From NCBI GenBank assembly GCA_028534125.1, contig CM052817.1, positions 46,564,001 to 46,628,000 of the forward strand: a stretch of DNA of 64,000 nucleotides. Direction: 5' to 3'. The stretch's first letter is position 1. The number at the start of each line of letters is the position of its first letter. The position numbers and the translations under genes were made by a program. The notes below the pieces were generated by a model. The model ran no database searches, was not told the origin of the DNA, and saw nothing but the letters and a program-made list of their open reading frames with translations. Shown here piece after piece: positions 14,111 to 27,210 of the stretch. The stretch is from Lama glama. Taxonomy: Eukaryota.

Positions 14111-15302
14111 TTATCCTCAGCAAATGTGTCAGGGAGGAAAAGGAGCCTAATATTCAGATACAGTGGCTCTGTGTGTGTGTGTGTGTGTGTTTCATGTGAC
14201 CTGAAGCAGAGTAGATGCTCAATAAATATGAATTTAAAAACTATGAATATGCATGCACATGTTGTAGAACATGGAATTCTTCTTCATCAACATTCTCTTT
14301 GCTATCTCCAAATAGGATAGCTGCTCTCCAACCACGGGGGGAAGATGACTCTACAATACAGATTTTTCCATTTCTATTATATCCTATTATATATTTTATT
14401 TTTATATTTCTATTTTGTTAGTCCTCTATAGAGTTTTTAACCCTCCTACGTTTGCCACTGCAGCCTCCTATCTTCAGGCCGGAGAAAAGGTTGGTTACTA
14501 TTCTCCCTTTATATGTCATGAATCAAAAGAATATGGTGAAGGCAATCCGCAGCATGGACAGCACAATTAGTTACTCCATCAGCAGTTCAAGTGGCAGCTT
14601 AAAGTCTCTTATTCCATGACGTTTGCTGTATAATAAAGCCAACAGTTGAATCTCGGCTCCTTTCCATGCTAGCAGATGTTTGCCGAGAGTTCTCATTCAG
14701 TGGGAAGTGACTCTGTAGCCGCCACAAAAAGCATTTCAGTTTCTGCCACTGGAGAGCACCACAGCCCAAGACCTGAACCCAGTCTCCACAAACGCCATGG
14801 CACTGCAGCTGCAGTGAGATGCTGCACTGGGTTGGAATGCATTTTTGTGTATTGTTTTTTTGTTTTTGTTTTTTGCTGTATTGCACTGTAATGTATTGTA
14901 TTGAATTGCATTAAACTGAGTTATATCTTATGATATAGATTTGAATTGTATTTAATTGAATTGCTTTAGAGAAAGTGCTATTTGCTATTTTCTTTTTCAA
15001 ATTGTTGCCTGTAATTGATGCCCATAATCATCATTTTCTTTAATAACAGTGGCTAAGATTGCAGCACCACAAAGCACAATTCATCTCAAGAAATCTTCAT
15101 CAGACTCATTTAGAAAGAGACAGCATGTTATAGCTGAAAGGGCCTGGGTGATTCAATCTACCCTGTGAACCACTGCCTCTTCAGAGCCTAGGACGTTGCT
15201 TGCACAAATTGGGCACTCAAGAATGTATTTTCATGAGTTAGACACGATTCTAGTCTGTGTATGCTATTATCTAGGTGAACTTGGGCAAATTATTCAATCA
15301 AA

Positions 15303-15483
15303 TATTTCTCAGGGTGGGTCCCCTGATTACCCATAGTTGAATCATCTGGGTATTTATTTAAAATGTTGTTTCTTAAACTGCCTTAGACTTAAGACAACAC
15401 TCTGTGCGTTGATGGTGGTGGTAATGAAGAATCTGCATTTTTAATAAGCATCCCATGTGTAACTGAAGTTTCAGAACCACTGG
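15303..15483. mobile_element. MER5-like hAT DNA transposon remnant
   Basis: gaatcatctggg..aatctgcatttttaataagcatccca..agtttcagaaccactg. Confidence 0.6.
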
Positions 15484-16191
15484 CTTAATCTACTTCTAGT
15501 CTCAACCTTCTCCCTTTCTTCATGGGAATTTCTGGGGATTTGTGCATTTCATTATAACTAAAAAAAGAAACAATACTGGTTTATACATAAATATTAAACT
15601 CTAGTTAATAATGCTAACAATATGCATTCAAAGATGTTTAGTGGTAAAAAAAACTGATTTCTATAATTTATTTTAAATGGATCAAAAAAATAAGACGATG
15701 ATGAATGGATAGATGGAAGGATATACAATTTAAAAATCAAGTGTAATGAAGTGTTCATTGCTGAATCCATGCAGTGAGTATATGGATATTCACTGTAAAA
15801 TCTTTCAATTTTCTGTATATTTGAATTTTTTTTAATAACAAAGTTGTATTGAAAAAAAATCAGCCTACTACAGGTTCAGAATGTTGGCTACTTTCATCCC
15901 TAAAACGTTGATCTAAACTTATTAGAATGGGAGCAAGCGTTCTATTTCCTTGCAGACTCTCTGTTATTAACACCTACAACACAGTGCATTGCAAAACACA
16001 AAATATATATATTTGATGGTGCCTGACTCAGCAGCTCAGGGAGAATTTAGTCAATTTATCTGCTGAACTGGTAGACAGAGCCACAGAGTTAACCTGAGTA
16101 GGGAATTTATACTGGGGGAGAAGAGTTTGTCAACAGACTTGAGGCATTACAGGAAAGGGGAAGAGACTTTATTCTTCTTGATGTTTTATTT

Positions 16192-16615
16192 TACTTTTTT
16201 TTAATTGAAGTATAGTTGATATATGACAAAATAATTCGGTTATACATGTAGATATTCTTTTTCCATTATAGGTTATTACAACATACTGAATATAGTTCCC
16301 TGTCCTATCAGGTAAGTCCTTGTCATGTATCTATTTTATAAATAGTACTATGTTATCTGTTAATCCCAAACTCCTCATTTATCCCTCCCCATCTTTTCCC
16401 TTTGGTAACCATAAGTTTGTTTTTTGTCTGTGTCTATCATTTTTTTAGAGTCCACATATAAGTGATATCATATATTTGTCTTTCTCTGTCTGACTCACTT
16501 CACTGCATGTAATAGTCTCTAGGTCCATCCATGTTGCTGCAAATGGCATTATTTTATTCTTTTTTAATGGATGAATAATATTCCATTGTGTAAATACACC
16601 ACAACTTCTTAATCA
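16192..16615 (-). mobile_element. L1 3' end fragment
   Basis: Poly-T, then ttaattgaagtatagttgat..gttccctgt..ggtccatccatgttgctgcaaatggc. Confidence 0.88.
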
Positions 16616-17815
16616 CATTTTTTTAAAATTTCTGGTCTGATAGTCCCAACTTTCCTGCCATATCTGACTCTGGTTCTCATGCTTGTGCAGTCTCTTCAAA
16701 CTGCCTTGTAGTTTTATTTCTTGGTAACGGGACGTGTTTTACCAATGAAAAGGAATTGAGGTAACTGACCTTCAGCAAAGTGGGGGTAAGGCGTCGGGAG
16801 AGGAGGAGTATTTTTAGTCTAAGATTAGGTCTCCGTCTCTCAGCGAGCCTGTGACTCTCCACTGTGAACTTCACACATGCTTCTCAGTTTTCCCTCCCCT
16901 GCAGGGGGAGTAAGTTGTGATCTCTGTATTTGCCTGCGGGTCTCCCCAGTTTGGGAGGGAAGTGGTTGGCCTTGTGACCTCATGTCTTTTACAGATCTAA
17001 GAAGAGCTGTTGCATTTTCAGTCTGTTCAGCATTTTACTTGTTAGGACAGAGTGGTGACTTCCAAGCTCCTGACACACTAGCCCAGAAGCCAGAAGTCTC
17101 TACTTCATTCTTTAGATTTGTGAGTGAGGCAGTGAAGAGAAAGATGATGTAGAAATTAAAACACTCTTCCCTTTGTCTATTGCCCTTAATAGCTACAGTA
17201 TTTGAAAGCATCATTTAATTCAAAGCCTTTTTAAATTGTATACAACACCCTAAGAAGTTTATTCACATCTTGACACCAAGATCATGAAGACCTTATGTGT
17301 GTCTGTGTGCTTATTCACATTTATGTATGTATACAGGTGTGCTTGTGTATATGTTGGAAGGAAGGAGGGGCAAAACAGGCAAAACAGATTTTTCTACAGT
17401 TAGTTTCCTTGTTCAGACCTTTGCTTGAAGGAACATGTTGAGAGTTTGGAACCTTTGCCTGTAGGATAGAAAATGACAGATTAGGGGAATGGAATGTCAC
17501 ATTTCAAGACATGTCAGAGGAAAAAGGATTTAGAACATCGAGTTTCTTTGACCTCTTCCCTCTTTCCTTTCAACCATGCCTTTCTGACATTCCTCTGCTC
17601 ACTGACAGGCATCTCACACAGAGCAAGACCAAAAGAAAACACCCCGCCTTCTCCCGAAGCTACAGCTCTGCTAAGCCGTGCAGGGGCAGAGGTGTAGTTA
17701 TCTGTCAGTGGTCCATCATGAAGGCTTAGCGCAGCTACAATGTTAAAGACAAGGTTGACTCGAGAAATGTCTTCATCTCTGCAGCAATTACATAATATTA
17801 ATTGTAGCCACCATC

Positions 17816-18411
17816 TGAGACATGAGGGGAGGGGGCAGGGCACAACCATTAAAAAAATGACACAGCAGTTAGCACAGTAGTGGAAGATTCAACTCCCAGA
17901 AGACCTTGAGCTTCATTGTACACTCATTGTAATACAACAGCATGCCAAGTGGCACTCCCACAATTGCCATGACAGTTTCAAGGCTGACCATAAAAGGTCC
18001 AAAGGTGGGTGGTGGCCCAATTCCTGGGAGTCCCAGCCCCTTCTCCAAAGTAGTTGGAATACTCCTCCCACTTGTTAACATGTGAAGTTACTGAGCCCAT
18101 AAATGCTAACAACCCCCGCACCTCAGGGCTATTCATTCTTCTAAGATGGCCTGCATTCTGCTTATGGAATTTGTATCTCCTAGGCTCTTCTATCACACTC
18201 TCTTGCCTTCTGAGATGGTCCACACTCTGCCTATGGAGTGTGCATCTCTCTGAATGAATCTAGTTTTACTCTATTATGGCTCACTCTTGAATTCTTTCCT
18301 GAGTGAAGCCAAGGACCCTCACTTGGAGAGACACATCCCAGGGACTCACTTGCACCCTGGGACAGAGACCTGGGGCATGATCATCCTCTCACGCTCCATT
18401 TTCCTATATCA
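17816..18411 (+). mobile_element. Solo ERV1-class LTR (MER41-like), same family as 12049-12682
   Basis: tgagac...ctccattttcctatatca (TG..CA). It shares blocks with the other LTR (gggggcagggcaca, gtggaagattcaac, ttgagcttcatt, ctgagcccataaa, ctcttgaattcttt). Confidence 0.8.
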
Positions 18412-19864
18412 TAACGACTAGCCACTATTGGTTGGACAGTATCCTATGTTCTCACTAATCCATGAGATAGTCCTACACAGTGTTAGCTCCAGTTTATAGA
18501 CAAGGAAACTGAGGCTTCTGCATTCTCCTTGACTGTCTCCAATCCAGCTCCCTTTGATTTTTCTCAATCTTTTCATGTTGCCTGCTGTCTCCTGCCCCAG
18601 ATCTTTTGCACATGCTGTTCCTTCTGACTATAATGCTCTTCCCCCAATCCCCTTTAAATTATAACACAGTTTAGAACTTATCTAAGTGCATAATTATATA
18701 TTCATCGGTGTCATTTTTAAATAATGTCTGTCTTCCACTTGATACTCTGAGCAGGGATTACAGATGCCTTTGCTCACCACCATATCATCAGAAATGACTG
18801 AAATATCAGGGACATTGTAGGGACTCAGTAATATAAGGTACACTAATTAATTTGTCCAAATTGGCAGAGCTGAGAGTCAAACTTAGTTCTTTCTGCCTGT
18901 GTGTGCTGCCTCCAATAAATCCATGACATTTGGGGGAAAAAAATCAACTTTAAATTAATAACCTAAAAAGAAGTGCCAAGGAAATGGAGTCTGGCAAAGA
19001 ACAAAATAAGAACAATTGCAAAACTGTATGACAATGCAAAGTTTATCAACTTTTGAATTCGTGGAGGCACCCTGTCCTGTCTACCTGTCTTCTCTTGTAG
19101 TTGTCTCTCCATCCACCTCTCTAGGCATCAGTGGCTTTGGTTTGCACCACTCTTTCTCCTCTTCCCCTGTCCCAGGCTTCCCCTGTCCCTTCCCCTCTAC
19201 TGCCCTCCTTGCTTACTCCTGCACATAGAAAACTAAGAGCCCCTGACTAAACAGGCACTTGGAAAACATCTAAGAAACTAATTCTATATTATCTCTCAGA
19301 AGAAAAATAAAAAGTAAATATCATTTATTAAGTGCCTTCTTTCTGCCAAGTGTTTTTCAAATGCTAATCCGTTTACAACAATGCGTAGGATATTATTCAC
19401 ATTTTATAGGTGAAGGAGACTCGGACAGGTTAAGAAACTAAATCTCAAGGTTTAATTATAGTTTTTTCTTTTCCCTTTAAAGACTTTTTCTGAGCACTGT
19501 CATCCACATGCGTATTTAACACACCAGCTGAATGCTGACTAGTCCCATATCTAATACTCGGCAAGGCGGGGCTCCTGACTGCTGGGAGGGGTGAGCAGTG
19601 GGCAAGGCGACCTCAACCCACAGAGCCTCCCCCTTCCTGGCGCCAGACTGCCAGGGGCACTGTGGATGTCTTTGCTTGGAAGGCGTCAGGTTGAGGGGCA
19701 GCACCATTTCCTCTCTGTCACGGCTCAGTTTGCAAAAGGCACTGACATGTAATTTTTTTCTGTTGTAAACTTTCCATTTAGTTTGCTTCTGAGGATTAAA
19801 TCTAAGTCATCAAAAAGCAATGAAAATAGAAAAAAAGTTCCACCTATCTGTTTGTTTCCAGTCA

Positions 19865-20222
19865 GCAGTTCTCTTTTTTCCCCCTATTTCTGAACCTCCC
19901 TTTACACTTTACAAAACCAAAGAACTTTTGCTTGTGTAGATTATATTTATCAATGTTGACCATGTTAGAAATTAAAACTGAAAAAAAATTTGGATTTACC
20001 TATTTATTTAAAAAATAAACTCATTACACATAAATTATATAACATATTTTATGAAAAAGAACCATATTTTCCAAAACAAAAACAGCTAGAGAAGAGAGCG
20101 CCATTGTTTGACAATTTGCAAATGTCTCTGATGTCTAGCTCAGTGGCAATCATCTGGATTCTCATCTGTTTCTGCATTCAAAGCGTTATGATTGTGACAT
20201 GTATATATTTCAAATATATGTA

Positions 20223-20262
<40 letters not shown>

Positions 20263-20680
20263 CATACACATATATACATATATACACACAGTTGGAATGA
20301 GGAGTATCTTAACAGCTTCTCCTTTTTAGAATGTTTAGGTAATTGCGGGTAATCTTTTTTGATAATACACTAACGTTCAACAAGTGGTAGTTCCTTAAAA
20401 GTTAGTTGCAATGTGGAATCTAAAATTATATCAATGAACTTTTCATATTTTGATACAATAAAATCCTCGGGTCTGTTTTGCACTTTGGATGGATCTCTTA
20501 CCCATGCAAGATTCTGTGACATTATTGTATTGGTCATTTGGAAAATACTGGCTTACTGACTTACACAGATCTTCCAAATGTTAAAACACTTCATTATATA
20601 ATATCAGAGAATCACATTTGTCAACATCACCACTGGTCTTATCAGAATAGTGTTAAAGAATTGGGAAAGTTCCTTCAAAT
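19865..20680. mobile_element. Charlie1-like hAT DNA transposon remnant with internal (TA)n at ~20227-20290
   Basis: agaacttttg..ttagaaattaaaactga..caagtggtagttccttaaaagttagttgcaatgtggaatc..catttggaaaatactgg. Confidence 0.7.
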
Positions 20681-20689
20681 AATCACAAA

Positions 20690-21570
20690 AATATACTCAA
20701 AAAACCCCATAAAACATACTCAACTTCATTAATCATTAGGGTGATGCAAATTAAACCACAATGAAATACCACTATATATCTAACAGAATGGCTAAAATTA
20801 AAAAGACTAACCATACCAAGCATTGGTGAAGATGTGGAACAATTAGGATTCTCATGTGGACAGAATGGGGAGCAGGATTACAAATGAACATGAGGATGCT
20901 TCTGAAGGTGATTGAGAGACATGGTGGTTATCTTGAGTGTGATGATGGTTCCATGGTGGCACACATATGTCAAAACTTATTAAATTGTATGCTTTAATTT
21001 TGTGCAGTTTATTATATATCAACTATGCTCAATAAGACTCAATACTTAATAAAAAATCCAATTGTCTAAACTGAGAGTTAAAGAAATGTACTCAGGGTAT
21101 TCCCTTACCTTAACTTTTGCATTGCGTATTGGCAATAATATAAATTTCACCCGTGAAATCTAGTTATGAAATTGTCTCCATTTTCACCATCATCACCTGC
21201 AAAGATTGGCAGGAAATGTCTGATGCATGGTAGAAGCTTAATAAACTTTTGCTAAGTAAGAGAATAAATCTTCATCAGAACCTGCAGCAATTCCAAGTAC
21301 TAGCTAAGTAATATCACTGTAGTTACTACACAGGTGCAGTTTTGAGACAAGCAAATTGTCTATATGCAGTAAGGAGCAGATCGGTACCTGCCTGTGAGTA
21401 GGGGCGAGGGACTACAAGGGGCAGGAGGGAAAATATGGGGATGCTGGAAATATTCTGAATCTTGATTGCTGTGGTGGTTATAGGGTGTGTACATTTATTA
21501 AAACTCAAAACTGTACACTTAAAATGGGTGCATTGTATTATGTATAAACTTTATCTCGATAAAATTTAAA
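20690..21570 (+). mobile_element. Old L1M fragments
   Basis: atgcaaattaaaccacaatgaaataccac..gaatggctaaaattaaaaagact, plus two L1MB/MC-type 3' ends (tgtacacttaaaatgggtgcatt..). Confidence 0.65.
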
Positions 21571-23096
21571 CAGAAAAACTAGATCATTATGTGGGAAAAA
21601 TTTGGGAACTACTCCTCTAGAGTCCTGGGATTGTTGGATCAACAGAAAATAAAGCAGCAAAACTACAGAATATTGGCTGTCAAAAGCAAAGAATGACTAT
21701 CTGTGGAAATTAGAAAAAATATATAGCCTAATGAAAGTGGTTCAGATAGACTGACATTGATCCCAGATAAGCATTTATTCTAACTAATGAGCAGACACTA
21801 CTCAGAAGATATGTGATTCCATTACTTAAGTGTTTAACCTAGTTCTGCCAATATGCTGTGGTCTATGTGATGTCACAAGAATTTACCCCCGGAAGTCACA
21901 AAGAGGATATACTCCAGGAGTTGCATTTTGTAACCAACACAGGCTCAGCTATATCTTGTTTTCTGAAATTATACAAATATCAATGTTTAGAATATATGAC
22001 CCAGATGTAGCTGGAGTTGTTAAAGGTGGGACAGAAAGCAATCGTGAATTCTTCTAAGAAAAACAGTAATTAATTTATAACATTTTAAGTCTGCCATTAT
22101 GGATGACATGTTTTAAATGAAAAACTTAAAAAAAAAGTACACACACATTTTGTTACCTCCAGTATGACTGCTAAGCCAACTATGCGCTATGAGCAACAGG
22201 ATGGTTTGAATGTATGTGAGGTGATGGAGCTCTCAGTATGTGGTCCTTTAGGGACAGGGCAAGTAGTACAGGAACGGAACACACCACATACAGTCCGCAT
22301 TACCAAGGATTCTGTTGTTCAGCATCCATGTGTCCATGATTTCCCAGCAAATTCTTAATTTCATGTATTCTATCTGGAAATCAAACCAAATAGTCCAGGC
22401 TTATGGTCACCACTACAATACATCCTTAAAGAATGTCCAGGTTACAACCTGACCTTCAGTACCATTCAACTGCTAACTTGACTTTAATTGCTTATAAGCT
22501 CTTCCCACATGGAATTAAATTTTTCATGCATTATTATTATTGTTACTATTATTTTATTAATTCTTTTCTGAAACTTGAAGAGACGTCCTATAGGGTATTA
22601 AGAAGTACGTGTGTTGGGGAGAAGGAATGGAGAAACAGAATGGAATACAGATCAAACTGGCTAAATGTCATATTTAGAAAAACAACAATCATTGTCATAT
22701 TCCATCGAATTTCTTTATGTTTTGCACACAGTTGTCAGTTTTCAAGGGTAGTACCGTTTAGGCTGAGAGAATGACTACTGCTCATTTCATTTATTAGAAA
22801 ATGATTCTGTATTCATTTAAAGGGTACATTTGTTTACAAAAACAATTGCACCTCCCACCTCTTAAAATCTATCAAAACACCATTATGCCCTGTGTTTCTT
22901 TCTGTCACTGAATTTGGAAAGTATGTGTGCTTTGAAATCTCTTCCCTCCTTTGGCGGAGAAGACTGAAGGGTGTGCATCTTGATGTGGTAGGTTTTTAGT
23001 TCCTTAAGTGCAGATATTGTCTTATTTGTCTTTGTATGATCATCTCTACCCCTGCCTGGCACAAAATAATTTTTCTTTTTTCTTGTCCGTTTTTCC

Positions 23097-23399
23097 AAAA
23101 GAAAGGCAGACGGCCACATATAGTGCCTCATTCGGATGTGTCTGGAGTCTTGAAAGCATGACTGCCTCACGTTCTCGGACAAATGGACCTTGAGAGCTGG
23201 TTGGGTGGTTTGAGTAGGGAGCACAGCTGCTCATATACCCTGACCAAAGATGGGTCCTCCCGTGTAAGGGAAGGTCATCCTCTTTGACCTAGGGGAACAC
23301 GCAGCTTCAGGAGGGACATGCATGGAGGAGAGAGGGAGGAAGGGGACAATGCCTAGCCAGTGGGGTGACGGATATCCCAGCCAGACTGCTCTCACATCC
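23097..23399 (-). pseudogene. RN7SK: 7SK snRNA retropseudogene with both ends present and an internal ~31-nt deletion
   Basis: Minus strand starts ggatgtgag and ends ..ctctcaaggtccatttgt..caagactccagacacatcc..gtctgcctttctttt, matching 7SK. An A-rich tail follows, and a candidate TSD a[a/g]taatttttc lies at 23065-23075 and 23401-23411. Confidence 0.93.
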
Positions 23400-24539
23400 T
23401 AGTAATTTTTCAGTGTCTGACTAAGCTGAATGCTTTCCCCTGGACATTACACTATTGAAAATCAGTCCATATTGAAGATAAGAAATTGTCTCTCAGAGAA
23501 AAATCAAATGCATTAGAAATAGAAATTATTTTATCACTTTTCAATTAACAGAATTTTTTCATTGTTCAAGCTGTAAAAGCAGTTTTGTGTTCCATTCATC
23601 CCCGTCATTAGGACAAACCACAGCCTGATTCAAATGTCAATTTAAGTACAAAATATGCAATAATTGCAGAAGGGTGAGGCTTTTAAAAAATTCAACAACA
23701 ATATAAAAGGTTTAAATGACCTGTGCGTCATAACAGTGTTGCTTTAATTAAAGTTTTAGGGGAATTTTAGAAGGGAATTTTTCTTCCTTTATCTTCTTTT
23801 TCTCAACAACAACAACAAAATTTTTTTCAGTCAAAGTTCTAAACTCCTTACTTTCATAAAAGGACAATTAAGTGTTTCTCAGTTTAAACAGGAAATGATG
23901 GTTCAAGAAAAATGTTGGGATTTTTCCCAGAGAATTAATGTTATCGCCAGCATTTATTAAGGGCTCTATGGCAAAATTCCCAAATGTAAAATATAGTTAT
24001 TTTAAGCTTTATATATTGGAAAAACAAGTTATCATGCTGCATCCTTGTGAACGTGTGGCTTCCTTATTGAGGCGGCTCCTAGCTAGGTTCTTGCTGGGAG
24101 TCCCCTCGCTGTGCAGCCACGCGGCTTCCTTTCTTGCATCACTCAGCGTGTAGCCTACGCTTCCAGTGCAGCCTCAGATACCTAATAAGCGAGAAGGCTC
24201 TGAAACAAGCTGAGATGAGTGGCCCATGGCAACTGGGTCATGCAGTGGCAGAATCAGGCAATTTCATGCTCTTTTTGTATTTCCTTCAAGTTGTAATCAT
24301 CTCTAAATATTTTTGAAGAGTGATTTAGCAGGATATAAAATGACCCAATCTAATGATACCCACATCTCTTTTTTTCCTCCTTCTTTCTGTTCTGTTTCTA
24401 TGGGTCATTGCATCCCTGCAGGAGGATTGTGTGAGAAACACACTGTGATCTAAGTATTTCTCTCACTTTCCAGTTAACAGTATGTTAGTGTGTATGTATG
24501 TGCATGTGTGTATGTGCATGAGAAAAACACACCAGATGG

Positions 24540-24985
24540 ATTTGTTAGCCTGTGCTCAAAAACTCCACCCCAAAACTTAGTGGCTTTAACACAACAGCCA
24601 TCGACACAGCTCACAGTTCTGTGGGTTGGCACTTTGGGCTGAGCTCGGCTTGGCAGCTCTGCTGCTCCCACCTGGACTCCTTTCTGGGTCCTCAGTCAGC
24701 CACAGGTTAGCATATCAGCTATCAGCTGGGATATTGAAGCAGCTGAGCCAAGGGTGTCTCGTCATCCTACAGCCTGGCCCAGGCTTGTTCATATGTTGTG
24801 CAGGGCCCAAGAGCAACATGAGTGTAAGTCCTAGAGCACAAGTTTTCAAACGTCTGTTTATGACACTGGGTACCGACCCACTGACCAGAGCAAGTTGTGT
24901 GGCCAAGCCCAAAACCAGTGTAGGAAAGTCCTTCCAAGGGATGGAGGGAGACAGGAACAAATCAGAGCTATTACTCACTTCAATG
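24540..24985. mobile_element. MLT1-type MaLR LTR
   Basis: ccaccccaaaacttagtggctttaacacaacag..ctcacagttctgtgggttgg..gggctgagctcggcttggcag. Confidence 0.7.
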
Positions 24986-25429
24986 CCTTAAAAGAGGGCA
25001 TCAAATGAGAAAAATATCTACTGTTGGGATCCTTTATCCCCAGGACCAGAAGTCATCAGTAGCTGATATGGATTAGCCTGCTGGCCTAGCAGAATGGCCA
25101 GTGGCAATGGTAAATGGCGAATTCACTAAATAGAAACTAAATCCTTAATATTCCATAGTGAGCAGCTATTTATGTATCACAAGGCCAGAATAACCCAGAA
25201 AATGTTAGAGAAAAATGATGATTGAGTTATACTGCCAGATACTAAGCTGTACTATAAAGCTCTTATATTATATTATTATTATTATTATTATTATATTATT
25301 ATGGAACCAATGCCAGTGTACCTACATAGGTCAATGGAGCAAAATATAAATTCTAGACTCATGTTCAAAAATATATATGCCCTTAGTACTAGATAAATGT
25401 GTCACTTCAAGTCAGGAAAAAGTATGGTT

Positions 25430-26290
25430 TATATTTATTTACTCAACACATATTTAGCAAGCCACCATCATTTGCTCATGAACTGATGTTTTTTAAGCCT
25501 CTGACATGGGCTCCAGGCACCGAGTGTTCCAGGCACCGAGGACAGAGCCGTAAGCCTAGCAGTCATGCTCTCTATTCTCTTAGAGCTTATGTTTTAATGA
25601 GAGGAGATGTAACATAAACAGATCACCCAAAATAATAAATATACTCTCAATAATAAACAAAACAATAAAACACATTCAGATAATGATAATTATTAATTAT
25701 CATTAATGCAATAAAATTACTAATTAAATAAAACAGGGGACTGTGATAACAAAAGACTGGGAGACTTATTTAAATAGAACAGTCATGGGAGGCCTCTCTG
25801 AGGAGGTAACATCTGAGGAAAAAAAAACAGAAAAATGAAAAGAAAGCAGCTGTGACAAGAGCTGAGCTTTCTTGGCAGAGACAATACCAAGTGCAAAGGC
25901 AAGGAGGCAGGAACCAGCTTGGTCTGTTCCAGGAACAAAACTCAAAGCCAGGCTGCAAGTAGAGAGTCAGTCCTCCACGAACTGAGAATTGGAAAGGTCG
26001 CAGAGATAGGAAGAGCAAGATCACGTGGGCCTCGGAGGCCATGGGAAGGAGCTCAGGTTTAGATTTCATCGTAAATGCAGAGGACGACTAGCAGGAAGGT
26101 TTTTGGCAAAAGACATCAGAGGTGGGACTGTGATCTGATTTTTGTTTATAGCAGATGAGACTGGCTACAGGTGGAGAGTGGACTATAGTGGGACAAGAGT
26201 GGAGGCAGAGACCAGTTAGGGGGCCATTTGTAGCATCTGCACAAGAAGTGATGCGGGTCCAATCTAGGGGACAGTGGAGATGCAGAGACT
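25430..26290. mobile_element. L2 remnant
   Basis: catgggaggcctctctgaggaggtaacatctgag..gtgcaaaggc..gaggcagga..ggaggcagagaccagttagg. Confidence 0.7.
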
Positions 26291-26613
26291 AAATAAACAA
26301 ACTAGAAGAAGAAAAAGAAAAAAAATATATATATATATACTTTAAGGATGGGGAAACTTTTTAACATTGGGGTGTAAGTGATAAAGAAAATAATAATGGA
26401 TTGACTATTTAAATTTTTTAACTTTTGTAGGTCAAAAGTCTATCATAAATAAAATTAAAAGGCAAACAATACTGGGAAATACAGTCACAGCATATATGAC
26501 AAAATATTGATGTGATAAATATATAAAGAGATTTTATAAACCAATACAGAAAAGATGAACAAAGAGTACATAAACAAAAAGCAAAAATATAGGATCAATC
26601 CAAAGAGTTCAGT

Positions 26614-26664
26614 GGGGAGGGTATAGCTCAGTGGTAAAGTACATGCTTAGCATGCATGAGGTCC
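26614..26664 (+). mobile_element. vic-1-like SINE, 5' half (A box), interrupted by an insertion
   Basis: ggggagggtatagctcagtggtaaagtacatgcttagcatgcatgaggtcc aligns with the intact copy at ~6110-6285. Confidence 0.88.
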
Positions 26665-27179
26665 TTTTTTTTTTTTTTTTTGAGGCTCCAAAGGAAGGTC
26701 TGACATCCCAACTTTACTGAAAATAGGCCAGATTCAGTTTAGGTTTGTGTGGAAATTTGACTTTTCAAACAAGTTTCTACTAGTAATGGAGAGGCGGTTA
26801 TTAGCAAATAGATGTCGGTTTAAAATTTATCTCCACCGTGTGCTTATACAATATAATGAATGCGTCAGGGTCAGCAAGTCCACAATCCCTTAAAGCTTGG
26901 TCTTCTGCCACAAGTTCACTTAGTCACAACACTCACACTAGGTGTGAATGTCCGGATAATCCGATGCTAAAAGCTTCTGCGAAATGTGTTCACGTTTAAT
27001 GTTGGGAAATCCCAACTCCCAGCTCCAAAGGGGTTAATGTCAAAACAGCATCTGACTGTGATTGTGACTCAAGAGTCTCATTAGCACCAAGCAATGGAAG
27101 GTTTTCTTCTGTGATTGAGTTGTGATAGCCCACAAGATTTTTAAAGTTTTGCATAAAGTCTTCAGCAGTTGCGACCACT
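26665..27179 (-). pseudogene. TASOR: Processed 3' fragment of TASOR (FAM208A) short-isoform mRNA
   Basis: ORF 26996..27178 reads VVATAEDFMQNFKNLVGYHNSITEENLPLLGANETLESQSQSDAVLTLTPLELGVGISQH*, which I recognise as the TASOR C-terminal region with the alternative short-isoform ending. It is followed by a 3' UTR, an AGTAAA signal (26713-26718) and a 17-nt poly(A) (T run 26665-26681). Confidence 0.82.
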
Positions 27180-27210
27180 GGTATTATTGGTATATTAATA
27201 ATATACCATT

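Noticed and set aside
12049..18411. Full provirus between the two LTRs
   Set aside because: The LTRs are in opposite orientations and clearly diverged, and no gag/pol/env ORF lies between them.
23097..23399. Functional 7SK gene
   Set aside because: Many substitutions, loss of the GAUC hairpin, an A-rich tail and a candidate TSD all indicate a retrocopy.
26614..26664. tRNA gene
   Set aside because: The A-box head belongs to a tRNA-derived SINE with an A-rich tail; there is no complete cloverleaf.
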